Below the pieces are notes generated by a model. That model saw nothing but the letters and a program-made list of their open reading frames with translations. It searched no databases and was not told the origin of the DNA. The translations under genes and the position numbers were made by a program. Shown here piece after piece: positions 1-15,000 of a stretch of 64,000 nt of DNA. Numbering within the stretch: position 1 is the stretch's first letter; every line of letters begins with the position of its first letter. This stretch comes from Haplodiscus bocki (lineage: Eukaryota): the NCBI GenBank assembly GCA_965655095.1, contig OZ296649.1, positions 148,738,001-148,802,000 on the forward strand, given 5' to 3'.

Positions 1-3000
1 TTGGCAGAAATTCTCATATTAGGATTTGTTCATTTCGCCGCTTAGTGCACAATTCAACCTCAACCTCGTACAATTTGAACGGAACAATTCTTTTCAATCA
101 CATGCGTTTTTTCAGTTGTGTTTCGACATTTTTTGACCTGTTTTTTTGCGAAGAATCTTGAACGTCATGTTCTTTTTGGTTTTCTGAAGATTGCTAACAG
201 TTTTTAGTCTTTTACTTTCTCACTTACTTCCTCAAGTTAATTCGGTCTGCAAAAACCACATCAAGACAACCCAAATCTGTTAGTTGAAAAACTTATGTGG
301 TGGTGATGGAGTCTTTCGAAAATCGGTGTTGTAGACCAATCTCAGCAAACTGGCCTATTTTGAGTTTCTCAATTATCTTTAGACCTTTGTGCATACGGCA
401 AAATTAAGGAAAACACGTTGTTTGCAATGAACTCTGATAGTTACGAAAAAGTGACCTTGTTGTTCTTATTGAGAAAAATGTTTTTCGGGCTTTAATAAGG
501 AAACGTCTTCAAAATGGAAGAGCTGCGGTCAAGTTTCAGATGATGTTTTGTGAGACAATTGTTTCCTCCTTCAGGGCTCCAAAAGACCCCTATCTTGCAA
601 ATCTTGCAACAGGCGAACGAAGAGACCGTTTTGGTTCACCTAGATTTTTTCGGTTTTGGTTCGACATTTCTTTATCGTCTTTTCATCAAAGAGCTTTCAG
701 AGAGAGCTAATTACTTTTACATTGACGTTTGTTGATTTTTATTCAGTTGTCCATTCCCCTTTGCAGAGGGTCGAATAGCCACAATTCGTGGGAGGATTTA
801 CGATAAGTCTCAGACTATAATCTAGTTGTTGAAGTCCGACAATTTCCCATGTTTCACGGCAAAAGAATCTGAAAACTATAGCTTTTTGGGTATTCCGGTA
901 GTTCTTGACTAGTGAATTTTTTCCTTCGACACCTATTTCGTGAATCTACTTCTTTTTCGAAGAAGCGAATGAGGAAAAGTCAAGTCAGTCAGATAAACCG
1001 ATTGCATTGACGAAGTTTTTCTGTCGGCTGTTGTGTGATCAGATCTAGAAAAACCGGCCTTCTATTTCCTCCGGTAGTCCTTTGTAAATAAAACGAGGAA
1101 AACTCTTCGTTTGAAACCGCATCCAAAACGTTACAAGATACTATTCCCCTTGGTTTCAGTCGCTGAGAGATTTTTTCGATTGCTTTTTACACGAAAATGT
1201 TTTGTAAGTTGAGCTGTTTTTGTCAATTTGGACACGTTGTTTGTATTGTTATGAATCAATTGTTTCTCCATGGAGGGCTACAAATTACCTACTTTTGCAA
1301 AACTTCCGTACAAAACCCCGTCCCATTACATACCAGTTTTCAGATGTGATCCGTAATCTTCTACCGTACTTCTGCGAGAATTGAGAAAGAGCTACTTTCA
1401 ATCATTTTGGCAGAAATTCTCATATTAGGATTTGTTCATTTCGCCGCTTAGTGCACAATTCAACCTCAACCTCGTACAATTTGAACGGAACAATTCTTTT
1501 CAATCACATGCATTTTTTCAGTTGTGTTTTGACATTTTTTGACCTGTTTTTCTGCGAAGAAACTTGAACGTCATGTTCTTTTTGGTTTTCTGAAGATTGC
1601 TAACAGTTTTTAGTCTTTCACTTTCTCACTTACTTCCTCAAGTTATTTCGGTCTGCAAAAACCACATCAAGACAACCCAAATCTGTTAGTTGAAAAACTT
1701 ATGTGGCGGTGATGGAGTTTTTCGAAAATCGGTGTTGTAGACCGATCTCAGCAATTGGGCCTTTTTTGAGTTTCTCAATCCTTTTTAGACATTTGTGCAC
1801 ACGACAAAATTAAGGAAAACACGTTGTTTGCAATCAATTCTGTTGGTTACGAATTTTGGACCTGGTTTATATTTTTCAGAAAAATGTTTTTCGGGCTTTC
1901 ATAAGAAAACGTCTTCAAAATGGAAGAGCTACGGCCAACTTTCACATGTTGTTTGCCTTTTCTGGGACAATTGTTTCCCCATTCAGGGCTCCAAAAGGCC
2001 CCTATCTTGCAGATGTTGCACCAAGTGAACGAGGAGACCGCTTTGGTTTACCTAGGATTTTTCAGTTTCGGTTTGACATTTTTTTATCGACTTTTCATCA
2101 AAAAACTTTCAGGGAAAGCTAGTTTATGTTACAATGACGTTCGTTGTTTTTATACAGTTGTCCATTCCCCTTTGCAGAGGGTCAAGTAGCCAAAATTCGT
2201 TGGAGGCTTTACGTTAATTCTCAGACTATAATCTAGTTGAAGTCCGACATTTTCCAATGTTTTAGTGGAAAAAAATCTGAGAACTATTTTTTTTGGGCGT
2301 CCCGCAAATTACAGACTATTGAATTTTTCTAATTTGTCACCTAGTTCCTGAATCCACTTCGTTTTTGAAAAAAACGAATCAGGAAAAATCAAGTCAGTCA
2401 GGTAAACCGATTTAATTGCATTGACGAAGTTTTTCTGTCGGCTGTTTTGTGAACGGATCTTGAAAAATCGGCTTTCTAAATCTTCCGGTAGTCCTTTGTA
2501 AACAAAACGAGGAAAACTCTTTGTTTGAAACCGCATCCAAAACGTTACAAGAAACTATTCCCCTTGGTTTCAGTCGACGAGAGATTTTTTCGATTGCTTT
2601 TTACACGAAAGTGTTTTGTAATTTGAGCTGCTTTTGTCAACTTGGACTTGTTGTTTGTCTTGTTATGAATCAATTGTTTCTCCATGGAGGGCTACAAATT
2701 ACCTACCTTTGCAAAACTTCCGTAAAAAACCCCGTCCTATTACATACCAGTTTTCAGATGTGATCCGTAATCTTCTACCGTACTTCTGCGAGAGTTGAGA
2801 AAGAGCTACTTTCAATCATTTTGGCAGAAATTCTCATATTAGGATTTGTTCATTTCGCCGCTTAGTGAACAATTCAACCTCAACCTCGTACAATTTGAAC
2901 GGAACAATTCTTTTCAATCACATGCATTTTTTCAGTTGTGTTTCGACATTTTTTGACCTGTTTTTCTGCGAAGAAACTTGAACGTCATGTTCTTTTTGGT

Positions 3001-6000
3001 TTTCTGAAGATTGCTAACAGTTTTCAGTCTTTTACTTTCTCACTTACTTCCTCAAGTTATTTCGGTCTGCAAAAACCACATAAAGACAACCCAAATCTGT
3101 TAGTTGAAAAACTTATGTGGTGGTGATGGAGTCTTTCGAAAATCGGTGTTGTAGACCGATCTCAGCAAACAGGCCTATTTTGAGTTTCTCAATTATCTTT
3201 AGACCTTTTTGCATACGGCAAAATTAAGAAAAACGCGTTGTTTGCAATCAATTCTGTTGGTTACGAATTTTGGACCTTGTTTATATCTTTCAGAAAAATG
3301 TTTTTCGGGCTTTCATAAGAAAACGTCTTCAAAAGGGAAGAGCTACGGCCAACTTTCTTATGATGTTTGCCTTTTTTGAGACAATGTTTCCCCATTCAGG
3401 GCTCCAAAAGGCACCTATCTTGCAGATGTTGCACCAAGTGAACGAGGAGACCGCTTTGGTTTACCTAGGACTTCTCAGTTTCGGTTCGACATTTTTTTAC
3501 CGCCTTTTCATCGAAGAGCTTTTAAAGAGAGCTAATTTATGTTACAATGACGTTTGATGTTCTTTATACAGTTGTCCATTCCCCTTTACAGAGGGTCAAA
3601 TAGCAACAATTCGTTGGAGGATTTACGATAATTCTCAGACTAAAATCTAGTTGAAGTCCGACATTTTCTAATGTCTCAGTGCAAAAAAATCTGAGAACTA
3701 TAGCTTTTTTGGGTGTCTCGGAAATTACAGACTAATGATTTTTTTTACTTTGTCACCTAGTTCCCGAATCTACATCGTTTTCGAGGAAGGCAAAACGGAA
3801 AAGTCGAGTCAGTCAGATAACTGATTTAATTGCATTGACGAAGTTTTTCTGTCGGCTGTTTTGTGAACAGTTCTTGAAAAACCGGCTTCCAAAATCTTCC
3901 GGTAGTCCTTTGTAAAAAAAAAAGAGGAAAACTCTTTGTTTGAAACCGCATCCAAAACGTTATAAGATACTATTCCCCTTGGTCTCAGTCGCTGAGAGAG
4001 TTTTTAGTTGGGTTTTTACACCAAATAGTCTTGTAAGTTGAGCTGCTTTTGTCAACTTGGGCACGTTGTTTGTCTTGTTATGAATCAATTGTTTCCCCAT
4101 GAAGGGCTACAAATTACCTACTTTTGCAAAACTTCCGTAAAAAAACCCGTCCTATTACATACCAAATTTCTTTTGCTGTACGTAATCTTCTACCTAACTT
4201 CTCCGAGTTTTGAGAAAGAGCTACTTTCATACATTTTGGCAGTAAAGGTCATTTTAGGATTTGTTCATTTCCCCGCTTAGTGCACAATTCAGCTTCAATC
4301 TTGCACAAATTACACGAAACTATAATTTTCAATCAAATTCTAAATTTCAGTTGCGTTTCGACAGTTTTTGATTTGTTTTTCTGCAAAGAATCTTGAAACT
4401 CATGCTTTTTCGGGTGTTCTGAAGATTGCTACGAGTTTTTAGTCTTTTACTTTCGCACTTTTTTCCTCAAGATGTTTCAGTCTGCAAAAAACACATTGAG
4501 AAAACCCAAATCAGTTAGTTTAAAAACTTATGTGGCGGTGATGAAGTTTTTCGATAATCGGTGTTGTAGACCGATCTCAGCAAACTGGCCTATTTTGAGT
4601 TTCTCAATCCTTTTTAGACCTTTATCCATACGGCAAAATTAAGGAAAACACGTTGTTTGCAAAGACGTCTGATAGTTACGAAATATTGCCCTTGTATATT
4701 TTTTTGAGAAAAATGTTTTTCGGGCTTTCATAAGAAAGCGCCTTAAAAATGGAAGAGCTACGGCCAATTTTCACATGATGTTTGCCTTTTTGTGAGACAA
4801 TTGTTTCCCCATTCAGGGCTCCAAAAGGCCCCTATCTTGCAGATGTTGCACCATGTGAACGAAGAGACCGCTTTGGTTTACCTAGAACTTTTCAGTTTCG
4901 GTTCGACATTTTTTTACCACCTTTTCATCGAAGAGCTTTTAAAGAGAGCTAATTTATGTTACAATGACGTTTGTTGTTTTTTATACAGTTGTCCATTCCC
5001 CTTTGCAGAGGGTCAAATAGCCACATTTTGTTGGAGGATTTACGTTAATTCTCAGACTATAGTCTAAACGAAGTCCGACAATTTCCAATCTTTCAGTGCA
5101 AAAAAATCTGAGAACTATAGCTTTTTTGGGTGTCTCGGAAACTACAGACTAATGATTTTTTTTTACTTTGTCACCTAGTTCCTGAATATACTTCGTTTTC
5201 GAAGAAGCGAAACAGGAAAAATCGGGTCAGTCAGATAACTGATTTAATTGCATTGACGAAGTTTTTCTGTCGGCTGTTTTGTGAACAGTTCTTGAAAAAC
5301 CGGCTGCCTAAATTTTCCGGTAGTCCTTTGTAAAAAAAAGAGGAAAACTCTTTTTTTGAAACCGCATCCAAAACGTTACAAGATACTATTCCCCTTGGTT
5401 TCGGTCGCTGAGGTAGTTTTTAGTTGGGTTTTTACACGAAAATGTCTTGTAAGTTGAGCTGTTTTTGTCAACTTGGGCACGTTGTTTGTCTTGTTATGAA
5501 TCAATTGTTTCCCCATGAAGGGCTACAAATTACCTACTTTTGCAAAACTTCCGTAAAAAAACCCGTCCTATTACATACCAAATTTCTTTTGCTGTCCAAA
5601 ATCTTCTACCGTACTTCTGCGAGTTTTGGGAAAGAGCTACTTTCAGTCATTTTGGCAGAAATTGTCACCTTAGGATTCGCTCAATTCACCGCTTAGTGCA
5701 CCATTCAGCCTCAATCCTGCACAAATTACACGAAACGATAATTTTCAATCAAAATCTAAATTTCAGTTGCGTTTCGACAATTTTTGATCTGTTTTTCTGC
5801 GAAGAATCTTGAAAGTCATGCTCTTTTGGGTGTTCTTATGATTGCTACGAGTTTTTTGGCTTTTACTTCCGCACTGTTTTCCTCAAGATGTTTCAGTCTG
5901 CAAAAACTGCATTGAGAAAACCCAAATCAGTTAATTTAAAAACTTATGTGGCGGTGATGAAGTTTTTCGATAATCGGTGTTGTAGACCGATCTCAGCAAA

Positions 6001-9000
6001 CGGGCCTATTTTGAGTTTCTCAATCATTTTTAGACCTTTGTGCATACGGCAAAATTAAGGAAAATACGTTGTTTGCAATCAATTCTGATGGTTACGAAAT
6101 ATTGACCTTGTTTATATTTTTCAGAAAAATGTTTTTCGGGCTTTCATAAGAAAACGTCTTCAAAATGGAAGAGCTACGGCCAACTTTCACATGATGTTTG
6201 CCTTTTCTGGGACAATTGTTTCCCCATTCAGGGCTCCAAAAGGCCCCTATCTTGCAGATGTTGCACCAAGTGAACGAGGAGACCGCTTTGGTTTACCTAG
6301 GATTTTTCAGTTTCGGTTTGACATATTTTTATCGACTTTTCATCAAAAAACTTTCAGGGAAAGCTAGTTTATGTTACAATGACGTTCGTTGTTTTTTATA
6401 AAGTTGTCCATTCCCCTTTGCAGAGGGTCAAATAGCCACATTTTGTTGGAGGATTTACGTTAATTCTCAGACTATAGTCTAAACGAAGTCCGACAATTTC
6501 CAATCTTTCAGTGCAAAAAAATCTGAGAACTATAGCTTTTTTGGGTGTCTCGGAAACTACAGACTAATGATTTTTTTTTACTTTGTCACCTAGTTCCTGA
6601 ATATACTTCGTTTTCGAAGAAGCGAAACAGGAAAAATCGGGTCAGTCAGATAACTGATTTAATTGCATTGACGAAGTTTTTCTGTCGGCTGTTTTGTGAA
6701 CAGTTCTTGAAAAACCGGCTGCCTAAATTTTCCGGTAGTCCTTTGTAAAAAAAAGAGGAAAACTCTTTTTTTGAAACCGCATCCAAAACGTTACAAGATA
6801 CTATTCCCCTTGGTTTCGGTCGCTGAGGTAGTTTTTAGTTGGGTTTTTACACGAAAATGTCTTGTAAGTTGAGCTGTTTTTGTCAACTTGGGCACGTTGT
6901 TTGTCTTGTTATGAATCAATTGTTTCCCCATGAAGGGCTACAAATTACCTACTTTTGCAAAACTTCCGTAAAAAAACCCGTCCTATTACATACCAAATTT
7001 CTTTTGCTGTCCAAAATCTTCTACCGTACTTCTGCGAGTTTTGGGAAAGAGCTACTTTCAGTCATTTTGGCAGAAATTGTCACCTTAGGATTCGCTCAAT
7101 TCACCGCTTAGTGCACCATTCAGCCTCAATCCTGCACAAATTACACGAAACGATAATTTTCAATCAAAATCTAAATTTCAGTTGCGTTTCGACAATTTTT
7201 GATCTGTTTTTCTGCGAAGAATCTTGAAAGTCATGCTCTTTTGGGTGTTCTTATGATTGCTACGAGTTTTTTGGCTTTTACTTCCGCACTGTTTTCCTCA
7301 AGATGTTTCAGTCTGCAAAAACTGCATTGAGAAAACCCAAATCAGTTAATTTAAAAACTTATGTGGCGGTGATGAAGTTTTTCGATAATCGGTGTTGTAG
7401 ACCGATCTCAGCAAACGGGCCTATTTTGAGTTTCTCAATCATTTTTAGACCTTTGTGCATACGGCAAAATTAAGGAAAATACGTTGTTTGCAATCAATTC
7501 TGATGGTTACGAAATATTGACCTTGTTTATATTTTTCAGAAAAATGTTTTTCGGGCTTTCATAAGAAAACGTCTTCAAAATGGAAGAGCTACGGCCAACT
7601 TTCACATGATGTTTGCCTTTTCTGGGACAATTGTTTCCCCATTCAGGGCTCCAAAAGGCCCCTATCTTGCAGATGTTGCACCAAGTGAACGAGGAGACCG
7701 CTTTGGTTTACCTAGGATTTTTCAGTTTCGGTTTGACATATTTTTATCGACTTTTCATCAAAAAACTTTCAGGGAAAGCTAGTTTATGTTACAATGACGT
7801 TCGTTGTTTTTTATAAAGTTGTCCATTCCCCTTTGCAGAGGGTCAAATAGCCTCAATTCGTTGGAGGATGTACGTTAATTCTCAGACTATAATCTAAATG
7901 AAGTCCGACATTTTCCAATCTCTCAGTGCAAAAAAATCTGAGAACTATAGCTTTTTTGGGTGTCTCGGAAATTACAGACTAATGATTTTTTTTACTTTGT
8001 CACCTAGTTCCTGAATATACTTCGTTTTCGAAGAAGCGAAACAGGAAAACTCGGGTCAGTCAGATAACTGATTTAATTGCATTGACGAAGTTTTTCTGTC
8101 GGCTGTTTTGTGAACAGTTCTTGAAAAACCGGCTGCCTAAATCTTCCGGTAGTCCTTTGTAAAAAAAGAGGAAAACTCTTTTTTTGAAACCGCATCCAAA
8201 ACGTTACAAGATACTATTCCCCTTGGTTTCGGTCGCTGAGAGAAATTTTCGATTGCTTTTGACACGAAAGTGTTTTGTAAGTTGAGCTGCTTTCGTCAAC
8301 TTGGACATGTTGTTTGTCTTGTTATGAATCAATTGTTTCCCCATGAAGGGCTACAAATTATCTAATTTTGAAAAACTTCCGTAAAAAACCCCGTCCTATT
8401 ACATACCAATTTTCTTTTGCTGACCATAATCTTCTACCGTACTTCTGTGAGTTTTGAGAAAGAGCTACTTTCAATCATTTTGGCAGAAATTGTCATCTTA
8501 GGATTCGTTCAATTCACCGCTTAGTGCACCATTCAGCCTCAATCTAGCACAAGCTACACGAAACGATAATTTTCAATCAGATTGTAAATTTCAGTTGCGT
8601 TTATTCAATTTTTGATCTGTTTTTCTGCGAAGAATCTTGAAATTCATGCTCTTTTGGGTGTTTTGAAGATTGCTACGAGTTTTTAGTCTTTTACTTTCGC
8701 ACTTTTTTCCTCATGATGTTTCAGTCTGCAAAAAACACATTGAGAAAACCCAAATCAGTTAATTTAAAAACTTATGTGGCGGTGATGAAGTTTTTCGATA
8801 ATCGGTGTTGTAGACCGATCTCAGCAAATGGGCCTATTTTGAGTTTCTTAATCCTTTTTAGACCTTTGTTCATACGGCAAAATTAAGGAAAACACGTTGT
8901 TTGCAATCAATTCTGATGGTTACGAAATATTGACCTTGTTTATATTTTTCAGAAAAATGTTTTTCGGGCTTTCATAAGAAAACGTCTTCAAAATGGAAGA

Positions 9001-12000
9001 GCTACGGCCAACTTTCACATGATGTTTGCCTTTTTGTGAGACAATTGTTTCCCCATTCAGGGCTCCAGAAGGCCCCTATCTTGCAGATGTTGCACCAAGT
9101 GAACGAAGAGACTGCTTTGGTTTACCGAGGGTTCTTCAGTTTCGGTTTGAGATTTTTTTATCGTCTTTTCATCAAAGAGTTTTCAGAGAGAGCTAATTTA
9201 TGTTACAATGACGTTTGATGTTCTTTATACAGTTGTCCATTCCCCTTTACAGAGGGTCAAATAGCAACAATTCGTTGGAGGATTTACGATAATTCTCAGA
9301 CTAAAATCTAGTTGAAGTCCGACATTTTCTAATGTTTCAGTGCTAAAAAATCTGAGAACTATAGCTTTATTGGGCGTCCCGGAAAATACAGACTATTGAT
9401 TTTTTTTACTTTGTCACCTAGTTCCTGAATATACTTCGTTTTCGAAGAAGCGAAACAGGAAAAGTCGGGTCAGTCAGATAAACCGATTTAATTGCATTGA
9501 CGAAGTTTTTCTGTCGGCTGTTTTGTGAACAGTTCTTGAAAAACCGGCTTCTTAAATCTTTCGGTAGTCCTTCGTAAAAGAAAACGAGGGAAACTCTTTG
9601 TTTGAAACCGCATCCAAAACGTTACAAGATACCATTCCCCTTGGTTTCGGTCGCTGAGGGAGTTTTTAGTTGGGTTTTTACACCAGATTGTCTTGTAAGT
9701 TGAGCTGTTTTTGTCAACTTGGACACGTTGTTTGTCTTGTTGTGAATCAATTGTTTCCTCATGAAGGGCTACAAAATACCTACTTTTGCAAAACTTTCGT
9801 AAAAAGACCCCGTCCTATTACATACCAACTTTCTTTGCTGTACGCAATCTTCTACCTAACTTCTCCGAGTTTTGAGAAAGAAATACTTTCATACATTTTG
9901 GCAGAAATTTTCATGTTAGGACTTGTTCATTTCCCCGCTTAGTGCAAAATTCAGCCTCAATATTGTACAATTTACTTGAAACGATTCATTTCAAGCACCA
10001 GCTAATTTTCAGTTGCATTTCGACAATATTTGATCTGTTTTTCTGCGAATAATCTTGAAAGTCCTGCTCCTCCGTGTTTTCCGAAGATTGCTAAGAGTTT
10101 TTAGTCGTTTACTTTCTTACCTATTTCTTCAAGTTATTTCAGTCTGCAAAAACCACATCAAGAAAACCCAAATGTGTTAGTTGAAAATTTTAATTGGCGG
10201 TGATGAAGTTTCTCGATAATCGGTGTTGTAGACCAATCTCAGGAAACGGGCCTAATTTGAGTTTCTCAATCCTTTTTAGACCTTTGTGCATACGGCAAAA
10301 TTAAGGAAAACACGTTGTTTGCAATCAATTCTGATGGTTACGAAATATTGACCTTGTTTATATTTTTCAGAAAAATGTTTTTCGGGCTTTCATAAGAAAA
10401 CGTCTTCAAAAGGAAGAGCTACGGCCAATTTACACATGATGTTTGCCTTTTTGTGAGACAATTGTTTCCCCATTCAGGGCTCCAAAAGGCCCCTATCTTG
10501 CAGATGTTGCACTAAGTGAACGAAGAGACTGCTTTGGTTTACCTAGGATTTTTCAATTTCGGTTTGACATTTTTTAAATCTTCTTTTCATCAAAGAGTTT
10601 TCAGAGAGAGCTAATTTATGTTACAATGACGTTTGATGTTTTTTATACAGTTGTCCATTCCCCTTTGCAGAGCGTCAAATAGCCACAATTCGTTGGAGGA
10701 TTTACGTTGATTCTCAGACTATAAACTAAATGAAGTCCGACATTTCCCAATCTTTCAGTGCAAAAAAAATCTGAGAACTATAGCTTTTTGGGTGTCCCGG
10801 AAACGACAGACTGTTGAATTTCTTTTACTTTGTCACCTACTTCCTGAATATACTTCGTTTTCGAAGAAGCGAAACAGGAAAAGTCGAGTCAGTCAGATAA
10901 ACCGATTTAATTGCATTGACGAAGTTTTTCTGTCGGCTGTTTTGTGAACAGTTCTTGAAAAACCGGCTTCCTAAATCTTTCGGTAGTCCTTTGTAAAAAA
11001 AACGAGGAAGACTCTTTGTTTGAAACCGCATCCAAAACGTTACAAGATACTATTCCCCTTCGTCTCAGTCGCTGAGATAGTTTTTAGTTGGGTTTTTACA
11101 CGAAATTGTCTTGTAAGTTGAGCTGTTTTTGTCATCTTGGACACGTTGTTTGTCTTGTTATGAATCAATTGTTTCCCCATGAAGGGCTACAATATACCTA
11201 CTTTTGCAAAACTTCCGTAAAAAGACCCCGTCCTATTACATACCAGTTTTTTTTGCTGTACGTAAACTTCTACCTAACTTCTGCGAGTTTTGAGAAAGAG
11301 CTACTTTCATCCATTTTGGCAGAAAATGTCATGTTAGGATTTGTTCATTTCCCCGCTTAGTGCACAATTCAGCCTCAATCTTGCACAAATTACACGAAAC
11401 TAGAATTTTCGTTCAAATTCTATATTTCAGTTGCGTTTCGACAAATTTTGATCTGCTTTTCTGCAAAGAATCTTAAAACTCATGCTTTTTTGGGTGTTCT
11501 GAAGATTGCTACGAGTTTTTAGTCTTTTTTTCTCACTTAGTTCCTCAAGTTATTTCAGTCTGCAAAAGTCACATCAAGAAAACCCAAATCTGTTAGTTGA
11601 AAAACTTAAGTGGCGGTGATGAATTTTTTCGATAATCGGTGTTGTAGACCGATCTCAGGAAACGGGCCTAATTTGAGTTTGTCAATCATTTTTCAAACCT
11701 TTGTTCATACACCAAAATCAAGGAAAACATGTTTGCAATCAATTCTGATGGTTACGAAATATTGACCTTGTTTATATTTTTCAGAAAAAGTTTTTTCGGG
11801 CTTTCATAAGGAACCGTCTGCAAAATGGAAGAGCTACGGCCAATTTTCACATGATGTTTGCCTTTTCTGGGACAATTGTTTCCCCATTCAGGGCTCCAAA
11901 AGGCCCCTATCTTGCAGATGTTGCACCATGTGAACGAAGAGACCGCTTTGGTTTACCTAGGACTTTTCAGTTTCGGTTCGACATTTTTTTACCACCTTTT

Positions 12001-15000
12001 CACCAAAGAGTTTTCAGAGAGAGCTAATTTCTGTACAATGACGTCTGTTGTCTCTTATACAGTTGACCATTCCCATTTGCAGTGTGTCAATTAACCTTAG
12101 TTCGTGGGAGGAGTCACAATAAGACATTGAGAATAATTCCAATTGAAGTCCGATATTTTCCAATGTTTCACTGCAAAAGAATCTGAGAACTACAGCTTTT
12201 TTGGGTATTTCGGAAATTCCTGACTATTCAATTTTTTAATTTGTCACCTAGTTCCTGAATTTACTTCGTTTTCGAAGAAGCGAAACAGGAAAAGTCCAGT
12301 CAGTCAGATAAACCGATTTAATTGCATTGACGAAGTTTTTCTGTCGGCTGTTTTGTGAACAGTTCTTGAAAAACCGGCTTCCAAAATCTTCCGGTAGTCC
12401 TTTGTAAAAAAAAAGAGGAAAACTCTTTGTTTGAAACCGCATCCAAAACGTTATAAGATACTATTCCCCTTGGTCTCAGTCGCTGAGAGAGTTTTTCGAT
12501 TGCTTTTCACACGAAAGTGTTTTGTAAGTTGAGCTGCTTTTGTCAACTTGGACACGTTGTTTGTCTTCTTCTGAATCAATTGTTTCACCATGAAGGGCTA
12601 CAATTTACCTACTTTTGCAAAACTTCCGTAGAAATCCCCGTCCCATTGCATACCAATTTTCTGTTGCGGTCCGTAATCTTCTACCGTACTTCTGCGAGGT
12701 TTGCGAAAGAGCTATTTTCAACCAATTTGACGGAAATTGTCAGCTTAGGAATCGTTCATTTTCCCGCTCAGTGCACGATTCAGCCTCAACCTTGCACAAA
12801 TTACAGGAGATGATATTTTTTAATCACAAGCTAAATTTCAGTTGCGTTCCGACAAGTTTTGATCTGCTTTTCTGCAAAGAATCTTAAAAGTCATGCTTTT
12901 TTAAGTGTTCTGAAAATTCCTACGAAAATTTAGTCTTTTTTTCTGACTTAGTTCCTCAAGTTATTTCAGTCTGCAAAAATCACATCAAGAAAACCCAAAT
13001 CTGTTAGTTAAAAAATTTATGTGGCGGTGATGAAGTTTTTCGATAATCGGTGTCGTACACCGATCTCAGCAAACGGGCCTATTTTGAGTTTCTCAATCCT
13101 TTTTAGACCTTTGTGCATACGGCAAAATTAAGGAAAACACATTGTTTGCAATCAATTCTGATGGTTACGAAATATTGACCTTGTTTATATTTTTCAGAAA
13201 AATGTTTTTCGGGCTTTCCTAAGAAAGCGCCTTAAAAATGGAAGAGCTACGGCCAACTTTCACATGATGTTTGCCATTTTGCGAGACAATTGTTACCTCA
13301 TTCAGGGCTCCAAAAGGCCTCAATCTTGCAATTTTTGCACCAGGCGAACAAAGAGAACGTTTTGTTTTACCTCAGATTTTTCGGTTTCGGTTCGACATTT
13401 TTTTATTGTCTTTTCATCAAAGAGCTTTCAGAGAGAGCTAAATTCTGTTACATTGACGTTTTTTGTTTTTCATACAGTTGTCCAATACCCTTTGCAGAGG
13501 GTCAAATAGCCACAATTTTTCGGAGGTTTTACGATAAGTCTCACACTATAATCTAGTTGAAGTCCGACATTTTCCAATGTTTCAGTGCAAAAGAATCTGA
13601 GAACTGTTGCTTTTTTGGGTATTCCGGAAACTACTGCCTAAAGAACTTTTTTTTACTTTGTCACTTAGTTCCCGAATCTACATCGTTTTCGAGGAAGGCA
13701 AACAAGAAAAGTCGAGTCAGTCAGATAAACCGATTTAATTGCATTGACGAAGTTTTTCTGTCGGCTGTTTTGTGAACACATCTTGAAAAACCGGCTTCTT
13801 AAATCTTTCGGTAGTCCTTTGTAAAAAAAAACGAGGAAGACTCTTTGTTTGAAACCGCATCCAAAACGTTACAAGATACTATTCCCCTTCGTCTCAGTCG
13901 CTGAGAGAGTTTTTAGTTGGGTTTTTACACGAAATTTTCTTGTAAGTTGAGCTGTTTTTGTCATCTTGGACACGTTGTTTGTCTTGTTATGAATCAATTG
14001 TTTCCCCATGAAGGGCTACAATAAACCTACTTTTGCAAAACTTCCGTAAAAAGACCCCGTCCTATTACATACCAGTTTCTTTTGCTGTACGTAATCTTCT
14101 ACCTAACTTCTGCGAGTTTTGAGAAAGAGCTACTTTCATACATTTTGGCAGAAATTGTCATGTTAGGATTTGTTCATTTCCCCGCTTAGTGGGCAATTCA
14201 GCCTCAATCTTGTACAATTTACACGGAACGTTTCTTTTCAATCACAAGCTAATTTTCGGTCGTGTTTCGACAATTTTTTGATCTGTTTTTCTGCGAAGAA
14301 TCTTGAAAGTCATGTTCCTTCGTGTTTTCTGAAGATTGCTACGAGTTTTTAGTCTTTTATTTTTGCACTTTTTTCCTCAAGATGTTTCAGTCTGCAAAAA
14401 CCACATTGAGAAAACCCAAATCAGTTATTTTAAAAACTTATGTGGCGGTGATGAAGTTTTTCGATAATCGGTGTTGTAGACCGATCTCAGCAAACTGGAC
14501 TATTTTGAGTTTCTCAATCCTTTTTAGACCTTTATCCATACGGCAAAATTAAGGAAAACACGTTGTTTGCAAAGACGTCTGATAGTTACGAAATATTTTT
14601 TTGAGAAAAATGTTTTTCGGGCTTTCATAAGAAAGCGCCTTAAAAATGGAAGAGCTACAGCCAACTTTCACATGATGTTTGCCTTTTTGTGAGACAATTG
14701 TTTCCCCATTCAGGGCTCCAAAAGGCCCCTATCTTGCAGATGTTGCACCATGTGAACGAGGAGACGGCTTTGGTTTACCTAGGACTTTTCAGTTTCCGTT
14801 CGACTTTTTTTTACCGCCTTTTCATCGAAGAGCTTTTGAAGAGAGCTAATTTATGTTACAATGACGTTTGTTTTTCTTACAGTTGTCCATTCCCCTTTGC
14901 GGAGGGTCAAATAGCCACAATTCGTTGGAGGATTTACGATAATTCTCAGACTATAATCTAGTTGAAGTCCGACATTTTCCAATGTTTCAGTGCAAAAAAA

